A stretch of 64,000 nucleotides of DNA, from contig MGHI01000020.1 of NCBI GenBank assembly GCA_001793155.1, positions 9,898 through 73,897 on the forward strand, in the 5' to 3' direction. The translations under genes and the position numbers were made by a program. Position 1 is the stretch's first letter. Each line of letters opens with the position of its first letter. The DNA is from Candidatus Woesebacteria bacterium RIFCSPLOWO2_01_FULL_39_61. GTDB lineage: Bacteria; Patescibacteriota; Microgenomatia; UBA8517. The notes beneath the pieces are model-generated. The model was not told where the DNA came from, did no database searches, and saw only the letters and a list, made by a program, of their open reading frames with translations. Positions 47,920-57,137 of this stretch are shown one piece after another.

Positions 47920-49606
47920 TCGATACGGATGGGCGCTAATTGGGCTCGGGACCATTGCGTGGTCGGCAACAATGGTAAAAAGCGGGTTGGTTTATTCCTT
48001 TGGAATGGGTTTTTGGGGACCGAATGGTCACGATGGTGTGTGGCATATTTCTTTAGCCCAAGGGTTGGCACATGGATCTTTGAAAATGCTCATTTTTTCC
48101 GGGGAGAAAATAAAAAATTATCATATCGGATACGATCTTATTCTAGCAGCACTTCATAAACTAACCCTTCTTCCCATTCACACTTTATATTTTCAGATAC
48201 TCCCACCCATACTTGCTATACTAGCCGGCTCGCTTTGCTATCTTTTTATTCTAAGGTGGACGCGCTCGACAAAGAGTGCTTTTTGGGCGACATTCTTTGT
48301 CTATTTCGGGGGAAATTGGGGTTGGGTTATTTCCTACCTAAGAAACCATGATTTAGCGGGCGAGTCGATGTTTTGGTCGCAGCAGTCCATATCGACACTT
48401 CTTAATCCGCCCTTTGCTTTGTCGCTTTTCCTCATCTTTTTAGGACTTAGATTTTTGCTATCCGGTATCGAAAACGAGAACAAAAAATCCCTGGTAATTT
48501 CGACTTTACTTTTCGGAATATTAGTTCAGATAAAAGTTTACGCCGGAGTACTTTGTTTGGGCGCGCTTTTCATTTCCGGAATTTGGCGAATGCTTCAAAA
48601 AAAAGGAACGTCGGCAATAAAGATGTTCACTGGCGTAATTTCGGTCTCGGTATTAGTGTTGGCACCTCTGACGACGAATACAAATAATATTTTGGTTTTT
48701 AAACCGTTTTGGTATTTGGAGACAATGATGACTTTTTCCGACCGCCTCAATTGGCCGAGATTCGGCGAAGCAATGATAAATTATCAACTTGCCGGAAACT
48801 GGATTAAGGGAATCCCAGCATATCTTATTGCACTATTTATTTTTTGGTTCGGTAACCTGGGTACGAGGGTTTTCAAAGAAGTTTTATTTATTCGCCACAT
48901 TAAAAACCCCAGTAAGATGGATTTTATAACGGTATTTATTTTCTCTGTTATTGGAGGAGGTTTGGTACTGCCTTTACTTTTTATTCAAAATGGAACCGCC
49001 TGGAATACCATTCAGTTTATGTATTATTCCTTGATGTTTTCAGGAATCTTAGCCGGAATCAGTCTGGGAAACTTTTTGGAAAAAACTAAGTCTGGAGTAA
49101 GTCGATTTTTGGTCGGAGGGGTCGTATTTATACTGACTATTCCGACAACCATAGGAACGCTGAGACACTATTTACCTTCGAGACCGCCGGCAAAGATTTC
49201 GTTAGAAGAGCTTCAGGCATTGAAATTTTTAGCCAAAGAGGCCGATGGAGTTATTTTAACTTTACCTTTCGATAGGATAGCTGCTGATGCTGCCGCAGGA
49301 AATCCCCCGAGGCCTCTCTACTTATACGAATCAACTGCCTACGTTTCGGCTTTTACAGCTAAACCTGTTTTTATGGAAGACGAAGTAAATTTGGAAATAA
49401 CCGGATTCGACTGGAGAGGAAGAAAAGAAAAAATTTTGGATTTTATTTCAACACCAAGCCAGGAAAAAGCTAAAGCTTTTCTAAAAAAAGAGGGAATAAC
49501 TTATGTTTATTGGATAAAGGAAGGGAGGGGAAGAATCGATCAAAAGCAGGATGTGCTTCAGTCAATTTATGAAAACAGTGAAGTTCAAATTCTAAAAACA
49601 AAGTGA
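47879..49606 (+). CDS. polytopic membrane protein with C-terminal extracytoplasmic domain (Wzy-like polymerase/GT-C candidate)
   Basis: 575 aa, at least 12 TM, ..GFWGPNGHDGVWHISLAQ.. loop; adjacent to Wzx; start uncertain (41-nt overlap). Confidence 0.3.
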   Translation: MLKKVFGPFFQGINRYGWALIGLGTIAWSATMVKSGLVYSFGMGFWGPNGHDGVWHISLAQGLAHGSLKMLIFSGEKIKNYHIGYDLILAALHKLTLLPIHTLYFQILPPILAILAGSLCYLFILRWTRSTKSAFWATFFVYFGGNWGWVISYLRNHDLAGESMFWSQQSISTLLNPPFALSLFLIFLGLRFLLSGIENENKKSLVISTLLFGILVQIKVYAGVLCLGALFISGIWRMLQKKGTSAIKMFTGVISVSVLVLAPLTTNTNNILVFKPFWYLETMMTFSDRLNWPRFGEAMINYQLAGNWIKGIPAYLIALFIFWFGNLGTRVFKEVLFIRHIKNPSKMDFITVFIFSVIGGGLVLPLLFIQNGTAWNTIQFMYYSLMFSGILAGISLGNFLEKTKSGVSRFLVGGVVFILTIPTTIGTLRHYLPSRPPAKISLEELQALKFLAKEADGVILTLPFDRIAADAAAGNPPRPLYLYESTAYVSAFTAKPVFMEDEVNLEITGFDWRGRKEKILDFISTPSQEKAKAFLKKEGITYVYWIKEGRGRIDQKQDVLQSIYENSEVQILKTK

Positions 49607-49638
49607 AACAACTTGTTCCGTATCAGGTTCACTTTGTT
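49597..49638. terminator. 12-bp (one bulge) hairpin overlapping the stop codon of the upstream gene; no U-tract
   Basis: AACAAAGTGAAAC...17 nt...GTTCACTTTGTT; the TGA stop lies in the left arm. Confidence 0.3.
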
Positions 49639-49668
49639 GCGGTAATAATCCCTCCTGCATGGTAAAAT

Positions 49669-50574
49669 TTGAATGTGGGAAAGATTTCTGTAGTAATTAA
49701 TACCCTAAACGAAGAGAAAAATCTTCCAAGAGCATTAGCTTCTGTAAAATACTTTGCGGATGAAATAGTGGTTTGTGACATGTACTCGGACGATAAGACA
49801 GTGGAAATTGCCAAAAATGCGGGTGCAAAAATTTATGAGCATGAGAAAACCGGGTATGTAGAACCGGCAAGAGACTATGCAATAGGAAAAGCTCAGAGAG
49901 ATTGGGTTTTGATACTCGACGCCGATGAAGAAATTTCTTCATCACTCAAAACGGAGTTAAAAAGTATCACCGCCAAACCCAGTGCCGATTTTTATCGGCT
50001 ACCCAGGAAGAACATAATTTTCGGTAAGTGGATTAAGCACTCTCGCTTCTGGCCTGACTACAACATTCGTTTTTTCCGGAAAGGTTATGTTGCCTGGAGT
50101 GAAATAATTCATTCCGTTCCGGAAACAAAAGGAAAAGGATTTGATTTGGAGGCAAAGGAAGAAAATGCCATTATCCATCATCATTATGAGACTATCGAAC
50201 AATTTGTGGAGAGATTAAACCGCTACACTACGGAGCATGCCAAGTTACTGTCTAAGGAGGGATACAATTTTAACTGGACCGATCTTATACAAAAACCAAC
50301 CAACGAATTTTTGGGCAGATATTTTCAGGGAGAAGGTTACAAGGACGGTTTGCACGGTCTTGCACTTTCCGGACTCCAAGCTTTCTCGGAGTTTGTAATG
50401 TACTTAAAGCTCTGGCAAATGCTAGGTTTCAAGGCAGACCATGTCGATATAGAGGAAACAGTCAATGAAATGAAGGAGATTGAGGCGGATTTGCATTATT
50501 GGCAATCCGATGCTCTTCTTAAAGAGGTGGGAGGATTGAAGCATCGTGTTAAGAGGAAATTCAGGCTTCCATGA
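49669..50574 (+). CDS. GT2 family glycosyltransferase (WaaE/KdtX-like)
   Basis: TTG start; ..ISVVINTLNEEKNL..LILDADEEIS..WPDYNIRFFRKG.. Confidence 0.7.
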   Translation: MNVGKISVVINTLNEEKNLPRALASVKYFADEIVVCDMYSDDKTVEIAKNAGAKIYEHEKTGYVEPARDYAIGKAQRDWVLILDADEEISSSLKTELKSITAKPSADFYRLPRKNIIFGKWIKHSRFWPDYNIRFFRKGYVAWSEIIHSVPETKGKGFDLEAKEENAIIHHHYETIEQFVERLNRYTTEHAKLLSKEGYNFNWTDLIQKPTNEFLGRYFQGEGYKDGLHGLALSGLQAFSEFVMYLKLWQMLGFKADHVDIEETVNEMKEIEADLHYWQSDALLKEVGGLKHRVKRKFRLP

Positions 50575-50667
50575 CAGCATCTTTCTATGAAGTGGTTTCG
50601 AAACACTTCATACAACTTACCGCTAAGCTTAAAAAAGAGCAGGCAGGCGAGGTTTGAAATAAGTTTT

Positions 50668-51474
50668 ATGGAAAAGGTTTCAAATAAAGGTGTAAAAGGT
50701 AAAACTTCCGTAACGGTTATAGTTATTGCAAAAAACGAAGAAAAAAAAATAACTGACTGTCTAAAGTCGGCTAAATGGGCTAATGAAGTTTTGGTTATCG
50801 ACACAGGCTCCAGTGACTCCACTCCTCTGTTAGCAAAAAAGTACGGGGCAAAAGTCTCGGTTTTTACAAAAGGGGGATATAGTGATTGGCGAAATAGGGG
50901 TAATGCCCTTGCAAATTTTGAGTGGGTTTTTTACGTAGATGCCGACGAACGTGTAACTCCGGAATTAAAAGAAGAAATCCTTGAAGTAATTGATTCCGAT
51001 ACAAAGACGAGTAAATATTCTGCCTATGCGATTCCGAGAAAAAATATTATTTTGGGAAAAGAATTAAGGCACGGTGGATGGTGGCCTGATTATGTAAAAA
51101 GGTTATATCTGAAAAATAAACTAAAAAGGTGGAGGGGAGAACTGCACGAGGAACCGGTTTTTGAAGGAGAACTTGGACATTTGAAAAATCCCCTAGTACA
51201 TATAAAACACGATAATCTGTCCGAAATGGTTGATAAAACTAACATATGGTCGGAAATAGAAGCAAAACTGATGTTAGAGGCAAATCATCCGCAAATGAAC
51301 CCCATTCGTTTTTTATCGGCAATGCACAGAGAATTTACTCTGAGAATGTTGAAACAAAGAGCCTTTTTAGACGGACCCGAAGGTATAATTTATGCTCTCT
51401 ACCAAGTCTATAGCAGATTTATCACTTACGCAAAATTGTGGGAAATGCAAATACAAAGTCAAAATTCAAAGTAA
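50668..51474 (+). CDS. GT2 family glycosyltransferase (paralog of the 49669 gene)
   Basis: Start at the internal ATG; ..VTVIVIAKNEEKKI..FYVDADERVT..WWPDYVKRLYLKN.. Confidence 0.7.
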   Translation: MEKVSNKGVKGKTSVTVIVIAKNEEKKITDCLKSAKWANEVLVIDTGSSDSTPLLAKKYGAKVSVFTKGGYSDWRNRGNALANFEWVFYVDADERVTPELKEEILEVIDSDTKTSKYSAYAIPRKNIILGKELRHGGWWPDYVKRLYLKNKLKRWRGELHEEPVFEGELGHLKNPLVHIKHDNLSEMVDKTNIWSEIEAKLMLEANHPQMNPIRFLSAMHREFTLRMLKQRAFLDGPEGIIYALYQVYSRFITYAKLWEMQIQSQNSK

Positions 51475-51476
51475 AT

Positions 51477-52508
51477 ATGCACGCGGCAATTTATAATCCC
51501 TACCTGGATACTTTGGGTGGGGGCGAAAGATACACAATAAGTTTTGCTAAGGTTTTAAGTGATGTGGGTTATGATGTGGATGTTGAATGGAAGAATCCAA
51601 AAATTAAAAATAAATTAGAGGAACGTTTTGGAATTAAACTGCAGGGGATTAACTTCATTAACGACATAAAAAGAGGAGACGGTTATGACATATGTTTCTG
51701 GCTATCGGATGGGAGTATACCTCTTCTTCGCGCAAGGAAAAATTTTTTGCATTTCCAATTTCCTTTCAAGGACGTTAAAGGCGGGTCTTTGCTTAACAGG
51801 ATGAAACTTTTTCGGGTAAGTAAAATTATTTGCAACTCGCGCTTTACAAAATCTTATATAGATAAAGAATACCAGTCAGATAGCCTAGTCATTTACCCTC
51901 CGGTAGATACCAAGTCTATTAGACCCAAAAGAAAGGAAAATATTATACTTTTTGTCGGTCGTTTTTCGCAGCTGACGCAAAGTAAAAATCAGCAAATATT
52001 GATTGACGCTTTTAAATCCTTTTACAAATCAGGCCCGACAGACTGGAGACTGATATTGGCAGGAGGAATCGAAGTCGGAGTTGATGATTATATGAAAAAA
52101 TTGGTCAAATCTTCACGGAATTATCCGGTGGAAATTGTTAAAAGTCCGGGTTATGAGGAAATTAAAAATCTTTATGGTATATCAAAACTTTTCTGGTCTG
52201 CGGTTGGTTACGGTGTTGAAGAGGAAAAAGACCCCAAAAAAGTAGAGCACTTTGGGATAGCAGTAGTCGAAGCGATGAGGGCGGGTGCGGTACCTATTGT
52301 TTATAATGCGGGAGGCCATAAAGAAATCATCAAGGATGGGGATAATGGCTTTCTCTGGTCAACTAAAAGAGAATTAATTAAAAAAACTAAAGATCTGATT
52401 AAAGATTCTAAAAAACTGAAACTCTACTCCCGAAATGCAACAAAGGCGAGTCTTAAATACGGTTATGAAAGGTTTAGAAAAGAAATTCTACAGCTTGTCG
52501 AAAATTAG
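51477..52508 (+). CDS. GT4 family glycosyltransferase (GT-B)
   Basis: ..ILFVGRFSQLTQSKNQQILIDAF..EHFGIAVVEAMRAGAVPIV.. (EX7E-type motif). Confidence 0.7.
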   Translation: MHAAIYNPYLDTLGGGERYTISFAKVLSDVGYDVDVEWKNPKIKNKLEERFGIKLQGINFINDIKRGDGYDICFWLSDGSIPLLRARKNFLHFQFPFKDVKGGSLLNRMKLFRVSKIICNSRFTKSYIDKEYQSDSLVIYPPVDTKSIRPKRKENIILFVGRFSQLTQSKNQQILIDAFKSFYKSGPTDWRLILAGGIEVGVDDYMKKLVKSSRNYPVEIVKSPGYEEIKNLYGISKLFWSAVGYGVEEEKDPKKVEHFGIAVVEAMRAGAVPIVYNAGGHKEIIKDGDNGFLWSTKRELIKKTKDLIKDSKKLKLYSRNATKASLKYGYERFRKEILQLVEN

Positions 52509-54921
52509 TATCGTTTTTTCCACCTGGAAGTATTTACCAGTTTTCGGAATACTTTTACTGGACTTAATATTTTTTTATCCGGTAATTTTTCAAAACAAAA
52601 TTCCTCTTCCTGTTGATGCCTTGGTCGGTGCTCACGTTCCTTGGACCGAAGTTAAGTGGGAAGGTTTTCCTGCGGGCGTACCCATAAAAAACCAAGAAAT
52701 TACCGATTCCATTTCCCAGTTTTTTCCTTGGAGGTCTTTAGTTGGAGAATTTTGGAGGGCGGGCAAACCGCCTTTATGGAATCAGTATATGTTATCCGGT
52801 GCTCCACTCTTGGCCAGCTGGCATTCGGCTAGTTTGTACCCGCTTAATGTTATCTATTTACTTTTTTCTGATACGAATTCATGGACGATTCTAATCTTTC
52901 TGCAAATTTTTTTGAGCGGGGTATTTATGTATATTTTTTTATATCATTTGAATCTATCAAAGCTAGCCTCATTTTTCGGTTCAATTGCTTTTTCTTTTTC
53001 AGGCTATATGATCGCATGGCTGGAATTTGCTACGGGTGGACATGCGGGTTTGTGGTTACCCCTTCTCTTATTTGTTGAATTGCAACTTTTCGAAACAAAG
53101 CAAATTAAATGGTTAATTTTTAGTTCTTTAGTATTTTTCTTTATTTTTACGGCCGGGGATTTTCAAGTCCCTTTCTATATAACGATTACTTATATTCTTT
53201 TTGGCCTATATCTTTCTTTCCGAAAAAGAAGCAACATTTCGCGTTTTAAAAATATTGGATTGCTTTTTTCGGGCTTATTTTTTGGACTATTACTTTCACT
53301 ACCCCAACTTCTACCTACTATCGAATTGTATTTAAAATCTGTCAGAGTTGCCGATCCTTATATAAAGGAATATTTTTATGGGATAATGCATTGGGAAAAG
53401 ATCGTAAATTTTATCTGGCCGGATTTCTTCGGGAATGTTGTTACCAGAAACTACTGGGGCAAGTTTGGTTATCACGAGTATCTATCCTTTGTCGGAACAG
53501 TAACTTTAGCATTTGTTATATTTAGTTTTTTTAGAAGGAAAGGGAGGATAGAAAATTTTTTTTGGATTTTACTTTTCATCTCTTTAGTATTTCTTTTCCC
53601 AACACCCTTTGCATTTTTACCTTATAAATTATCAATACCGGCACTTGGAACAAGTTCAGCGAGCAGAATCATTTTTTTGGTCGATTTTTGCTTGGCGACT
53701 CTAGGAGCATTCGGATTTAATAAATTCCAGGAAACTAACGATAAAAATATCTTAAAAACCTTCTTTTGCCTTTTAGTAATAAGTTTCGGTACGGTATTAG
53801 GGATCTTAGTCTCAATTTATCAGATGACGAATTCCACGCTAGTTCCGGAAATGGTCAAAAATTTGAAAGTAGCACTTAGAAATATGGTTCCTTCTACCTT
53901 AGTTTTACTGGTACTATGGATCGCATTTATTTTTTATATAAATTTCCCTATCAAAAGTAAAAACAAGACGTTAATAAAGTTTATCGACAAAAGCTTTATT
54001 CTGTTAATTATTTTAGTGACCTCGTTTGAACTGTTGCATTTCGCATGGAAAAACACACCTTTTTCAAATCGTGAGTTTGTTTTCCCAACGACAAGAATAA
54101 TAGAGTTTTTACAGAAACAGCAAAAGCCGTTTAGAATTGCTGGGGGTATTCCCTTAAATCTATTTATGCCCTACCAGATAAATTCGGCGGAGGGTTATGA
54201 CCCCTTATATCCTGCCAGAAATAGCGAATGGTACTCTTTAGTCAACTCAGATAGCTTAGATGCCTTAAGCGGCAGATATGGTTTAATTCATAGGTTTGAC
54301 TCAAAACTTATTGACCAGGCAAACGTAAAATATGTAATTGATTATAAGAAAGACGCAAATAAGAATATGTCTGATACAGGCGCATATGAAGTGGGAATAG
54401 ACCCTGAAAAATATAAGGAAGTTTATTCCGAAGGAAGAATCAAAGTTTTTGAAAACTTGGATGTGCTCCCCAGAATTTGGATCACAACAATTTACACGGT
54501 TGCCAAGGATAATAAGGAGTTGATGGCCAAACTAGTTAATAAATCGAACCCGGGAAAACATATTGTCTTAGAAAAAAAACCAGATATAGTACTTGAAGAC
54601 AAAAATGTCAGTTATGAGCTAACGGATTTTAATCAAAAAATGAATAAAATTAGTTTTAATGTTGATGTGTCTGATGATGCTTTGCTTTTCTTATCCGAAT
54701 CCTTTGACCAGGGATGGACTTTGAAAATTGATAATTCTAGTCAAGAAATATTACGAGCAAACTATATTTTCCAAGCTACCCCTATTACGAAAGGGAAACA
54801 TTTTATACAATTCACTTATAGAACGCGGTCTTATTATTTTGGTTTGATCGTCTCGTTTATGTCTGTTTTATTTCTGGCTGGATTTATGACTTTTCGGAAA
54901 CGTAGTTCAAATAGAAATTAA
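52465..54921 (+). CDS. yfhO: YfhO-family GT-C membrane glycosyltransferase
   Basis: ..YPVIFQNKIPLPVDALVGAHVPW..GKPPLWNQYMLSGAPLLASW.. canonical YfhO N-terminus; about 800 aa; start uncertain (ATG 52465 or TTG about 52495). Confidence 0.7.
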   Translation: MKGLEKKFYSLSKISIVFSTWKYLPVFGILLLDLIFFYPVIFQNKIPLPVDALVGAHVPWTEVKWEGFPAGVPIKNQEITDSISQFFPWRSLVGEFWRAGKPPLWNQYMLSGAPLLASWHSASLYPLNVIYLLFSDTNSWTILIFLQIFLSGVFMYIFLYHLNLSKLASFFGSIAFSFSGYMIAWLEFATGGHAGLWLPLLLFVELQLFETKQIKWLIFSSLVFFFIFTAGDFQVPFYITITYILFGLYLSFRKRSNISRFKNIGLLFSGLFFGLLLSLPQLLPTIELYLKSVRVADPYIKEYFYGIMHWEKIVNFIWPDFFGNVVTRNYWGKFGYHEYLSFVGTVTLAFVIFSFFRRKGRIENFFWILLFISLVFLFPTPFAFLPYKLSIPALGTSSASRIIFLVDFCLATLGAFGFNKFQETNDKNILKTFFCLLVISFGTVLGILVSIYQMTNSTLVPEMVKNLKVALRNMVPSTLVLLVLWIAFIFYINFPIKSKNKTLIKFIDKSFILLIILVTSFELLHFAWKNTPFSNREFVFPTTRIIEFLQKQQKPFRIAGGIPLNLFMPYQINSAEGYDPLYPARNSEWYSLVNSDSLDALSGRYGLIHRFDSKLIDQANVKYVIDYKKDANKNMSDTGAYEVGIDPEKYKEVYSEGRIKVFENLDVLPRIWITTIYTVAKDNKELMAKLVNKSNPGKHIVLEKKPDIVLEDKNVSYELTDFNQKMNKISFNVDVSDDALLFLSESFDQGWTLKIDNSSQEILRANYIFQATPITKGKHFIQFTYRTRSYYFGLIVSFMSVLFLAGFMTFRKRSSNRN

Positions 54922-54923
54922 AG

Positions 54924-55586
54924 ATGGTAAAAACTGATGAAAGAAAATTAGCCGAAGAACTTCACGAAAAGGTACCCGCCAATTGGTATTATCAGTCTTT
55001 GAAAGTAGACCCCTTGCAAAGATATTGGCATATGCGAAGATTTAAAGAGATAGGGAAATTAATAGAACCTGCCAGAGGAAAAGTTTTAGATGTTGGTAGC
55101 GCGGACGGCGTGTTTTCAAACGTAATTTTAAAAAAAAGCGGAGCTAAAGAATTAGTTGGATTAGAGGTATTGAAAAAATCCGTCGATTGGGCGAATAAGC
55201 ATTGGAGGACAAATAAGAAAATGAAGTTTATGGTTGGTGATGCCCACGATTTGAATTTTAAATCCAATTCCTTTGATGCGGTTTTTTGTCTTGAAGTCTT
55301 AGAACATGTAAAAAATCCCACGAAAGTACTTAAAGAATTTAAAAGGGTAATGAAAAAAGGAGGATATGGCGTATTTTTGGTTCCATCGGATAACGACCTT
55401 TTTAAAATAATCTGGTATTTGTGGCTCCATTTTTATCCAAGGGGATGGGTTTGGAGAGATACGCACATCCAAACTTATAGAAACGATTTTCTACCCAAGA
55501 TGTGTAAAAAGACAGGATTTAAGGTTGAAACCGAAAAGAAATTTTTATTGGGAATGTTGTACGTTGTAAAAGTAAGAAAGATTTAG
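54924..55586 (+). CDS. class I SAM-dependent methyltransferase
   Basis: ..KVLDVGSADGVFS..FDAVFCLEVLEHV..GGYGVFLVP.. Confidence 0.7.
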   Translation: MVKTDERKLAEELHEKVPANWYYQSLKVDPLQRYWHMRRFKEIGKLIEPARGKVLDVGSADGVFSNVILKKSGAKELVGLEVLKKSVDWANKHWRTNKKMKFMVGDAHDLNFKSNSFDAVFCLEVLEHVKNPTKVLKEFKRVMKKGGYGVFLVPSDNDLFKIIWYLWLHFYPRGWVWRDTHIQTYRNDFLPKMCKKTGFKVETEKKFLLGMLYVVKVRKI

Positions 55587-55587
55587 A

Positions 55588-56496
55588 ATGAAAAAAAATT
55601 TAAGTAAGGATTTTACGGTATCGGTGATTATTCCGAATTATAACGGCTTTGAACTTCTGGAGAAGAATTTACCCAAGGTTATTAGTGCATTTCATAATAC
55701 TAAAAATAAAATCACTCAAATTATAATCATCGATGATGGCTCGACCGATAATAGCATCAAACTGATTAAGGAGAAATTTAAGGAGGTCACTCTCGTTAGG
55801 CATAAAATTAATAGGGGATTTATTGCCAGTGTAAATACTGGTGCAAGGACGGCATCGGGAGAGCTGTTGGCGCTACTTAATAACGACGTTGCACCCAGTG
55901 AGAACTTCCTGGAGTCGGTAAATTTAGTCTTTGAAAATCCAAAGGTCTTTGCAGTTTCGCTGCACGAAAAGGGTTATGCCTGGGCAAAGGGTTATTTTAA
56001 AGATGGTTTTATAGTCCATGCATCCGGCAGAGAAACTGATCAAGTTCGTGAAACGTTTTGGGTTAGTGGCGGGACTGGAGTTTTCAGAAGGGAATATTGG
56101 ATGAAATTGGGGGGAATGGATGAAAAGTTGTTAAGTCCTTTTTATTGGGAAGATGTAGATATTTCATATCGGGCAATGAAACGAGGATGGGTGAACCTTT
56201 GGGACCCGGAGGCTAAAGTAGTCCATGAGCATGAATCAACAGTTAAGAACATCGACAAAGTTTACAGAACAAGAATACAGGAAAGAAACCAGCTTATTTT
56301 TATTTGGAAGAATTTAACCTCGGGTAATTTAATCAAGAAACATATTTTAGGTTTAGTTTCCAGATTATCCGGACACCCAAAATATTTTATAATCGTTGCG
56401 ATGGCTCTAGGTAAGATTAGATTGATATTGAAAGCCAGAAGAAGAGAATTAAAGGAGTCTAAAGTCTCAGACGAGGCAATTTTAGGTAAATTTTGA
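55588..56496 (+). CDS. GT2 family glycosyltransferase (WbbL/rhamnosyltransferase-like)
   Basis: ..VSVIIPNYNGFELL..IIIDDGSTDNS..LLNNDVAPS.. Confidence 0.75.
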   Translation: MKKNLSKDFTVSVIIPNYNGFELLEKNLPKVISAFHNTKNKITQIIIIDDGSTDNSIKLIKEKFKEVTLVRHKINRGFIASVNTGARTASGELLALLNNDVAPSENFLESVNLVFENPKVFAVSLHEKGYAWAKGYFKDGFIVHASGRETDQVRETFWVSGGTGVFRREYWMKLGGMDEKLLSPFYWEDVDISYRAMKRGWVNLWDPEAKVVHEHESTVKNIDKVYRTRIQERNQLIFIWKNLTSGNLIKKHILGLVSRLSGHPKYFIIVAMALGKIRLILKARRRELKESKVSDEAILGKF

Positions 56497-56526
56497 AGAA
56501 ATTGTCTATAATTCTAATGGACAACT

Positions 56527-57135
56527 ATGAATAATAAAATTAAATTTATATTCTTTGATGTCGGAGGAGTTTTTTGCGACACAGAACTCATATACGATGA
56601 ACTTTCTTTAAAGTTTGGAAGAAATAGGGATCATATGAAAGCATCGCATGTCAAATATGTAAACCTGGCATGCCTGGGGGGTCTTTCCGTGCACGATGTT
56701 TGGGATTTAATCAGGGAAGATTTGGAAATAAATCCTAAAGACAACTTCAATTTTTTAGAATTTTCTACAGATAAACTTATCCCGATACCGTTAGCCCATG
56801 AATTAGCAAAAGAGTTAGCCCACAGTTATAAGATTGGACTTATTACCGACGTAGAGCGCGATGTGTTTGAAAAAAGTCTGGAAAAGGGAAATGTTCCTGA
56901 TATAAACTACTCGGCTATCATAAAGTCTTCTGACCATAAAATTATTAAACCTGATGTTAGAATTTATCAGATTGCAGAGGAAAAATCCGGTGCGACAGGA
57001 CCCGAGATATTATATGTGGAGGATGTAGCAGAAAATGTGGAAGCCGCACAAAAATTCGGATGGAAGGCAGTAAGGTTCTTGACTAACGATCCGGAAGCTT
57101 CAATTAAACAAATCAAAAGTATATTATCCGGATAA
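56527..57135 (+). CDS. HAD-superfamily hydrolase (subfamily IA-like)
   Basis: Motif I ..FIFFDVGGVF.., motif II ..IGLITDV.., C-terminal ..YVEDVAENVEAAQKFGW.. Confidence 0.6.
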   Translation: MNNKIKFIFFDVGGVFCDTELIYDELSLKFGRNRDHMKASHVKYVNLACLGGLSVHDVWDLIREDLEINPKDNFNFLEFSTDKLIPIPLAHELAKELAHSYKIGLITDVERDVFEKSLEKGNVPDINYSAIIKSSDHKIIKPDVRIYQIAEEKSGATGPEILYVEDVAENVEAAQKFGWKAVRFLTNDPEASIKQIKSILSG

Positions 57136-57137
57136 AA

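Noticed and set aside
50735-50745. A9/T9 homopolymers (for example about 50735, 45120, 61141) as phase-variation sites
   Set aside because: In an AT-rich genome, A/T runs of 8-9 within Lys/Phe-rich codons are expected. Only the G8 tract at 40452 is compositionally anomalous.
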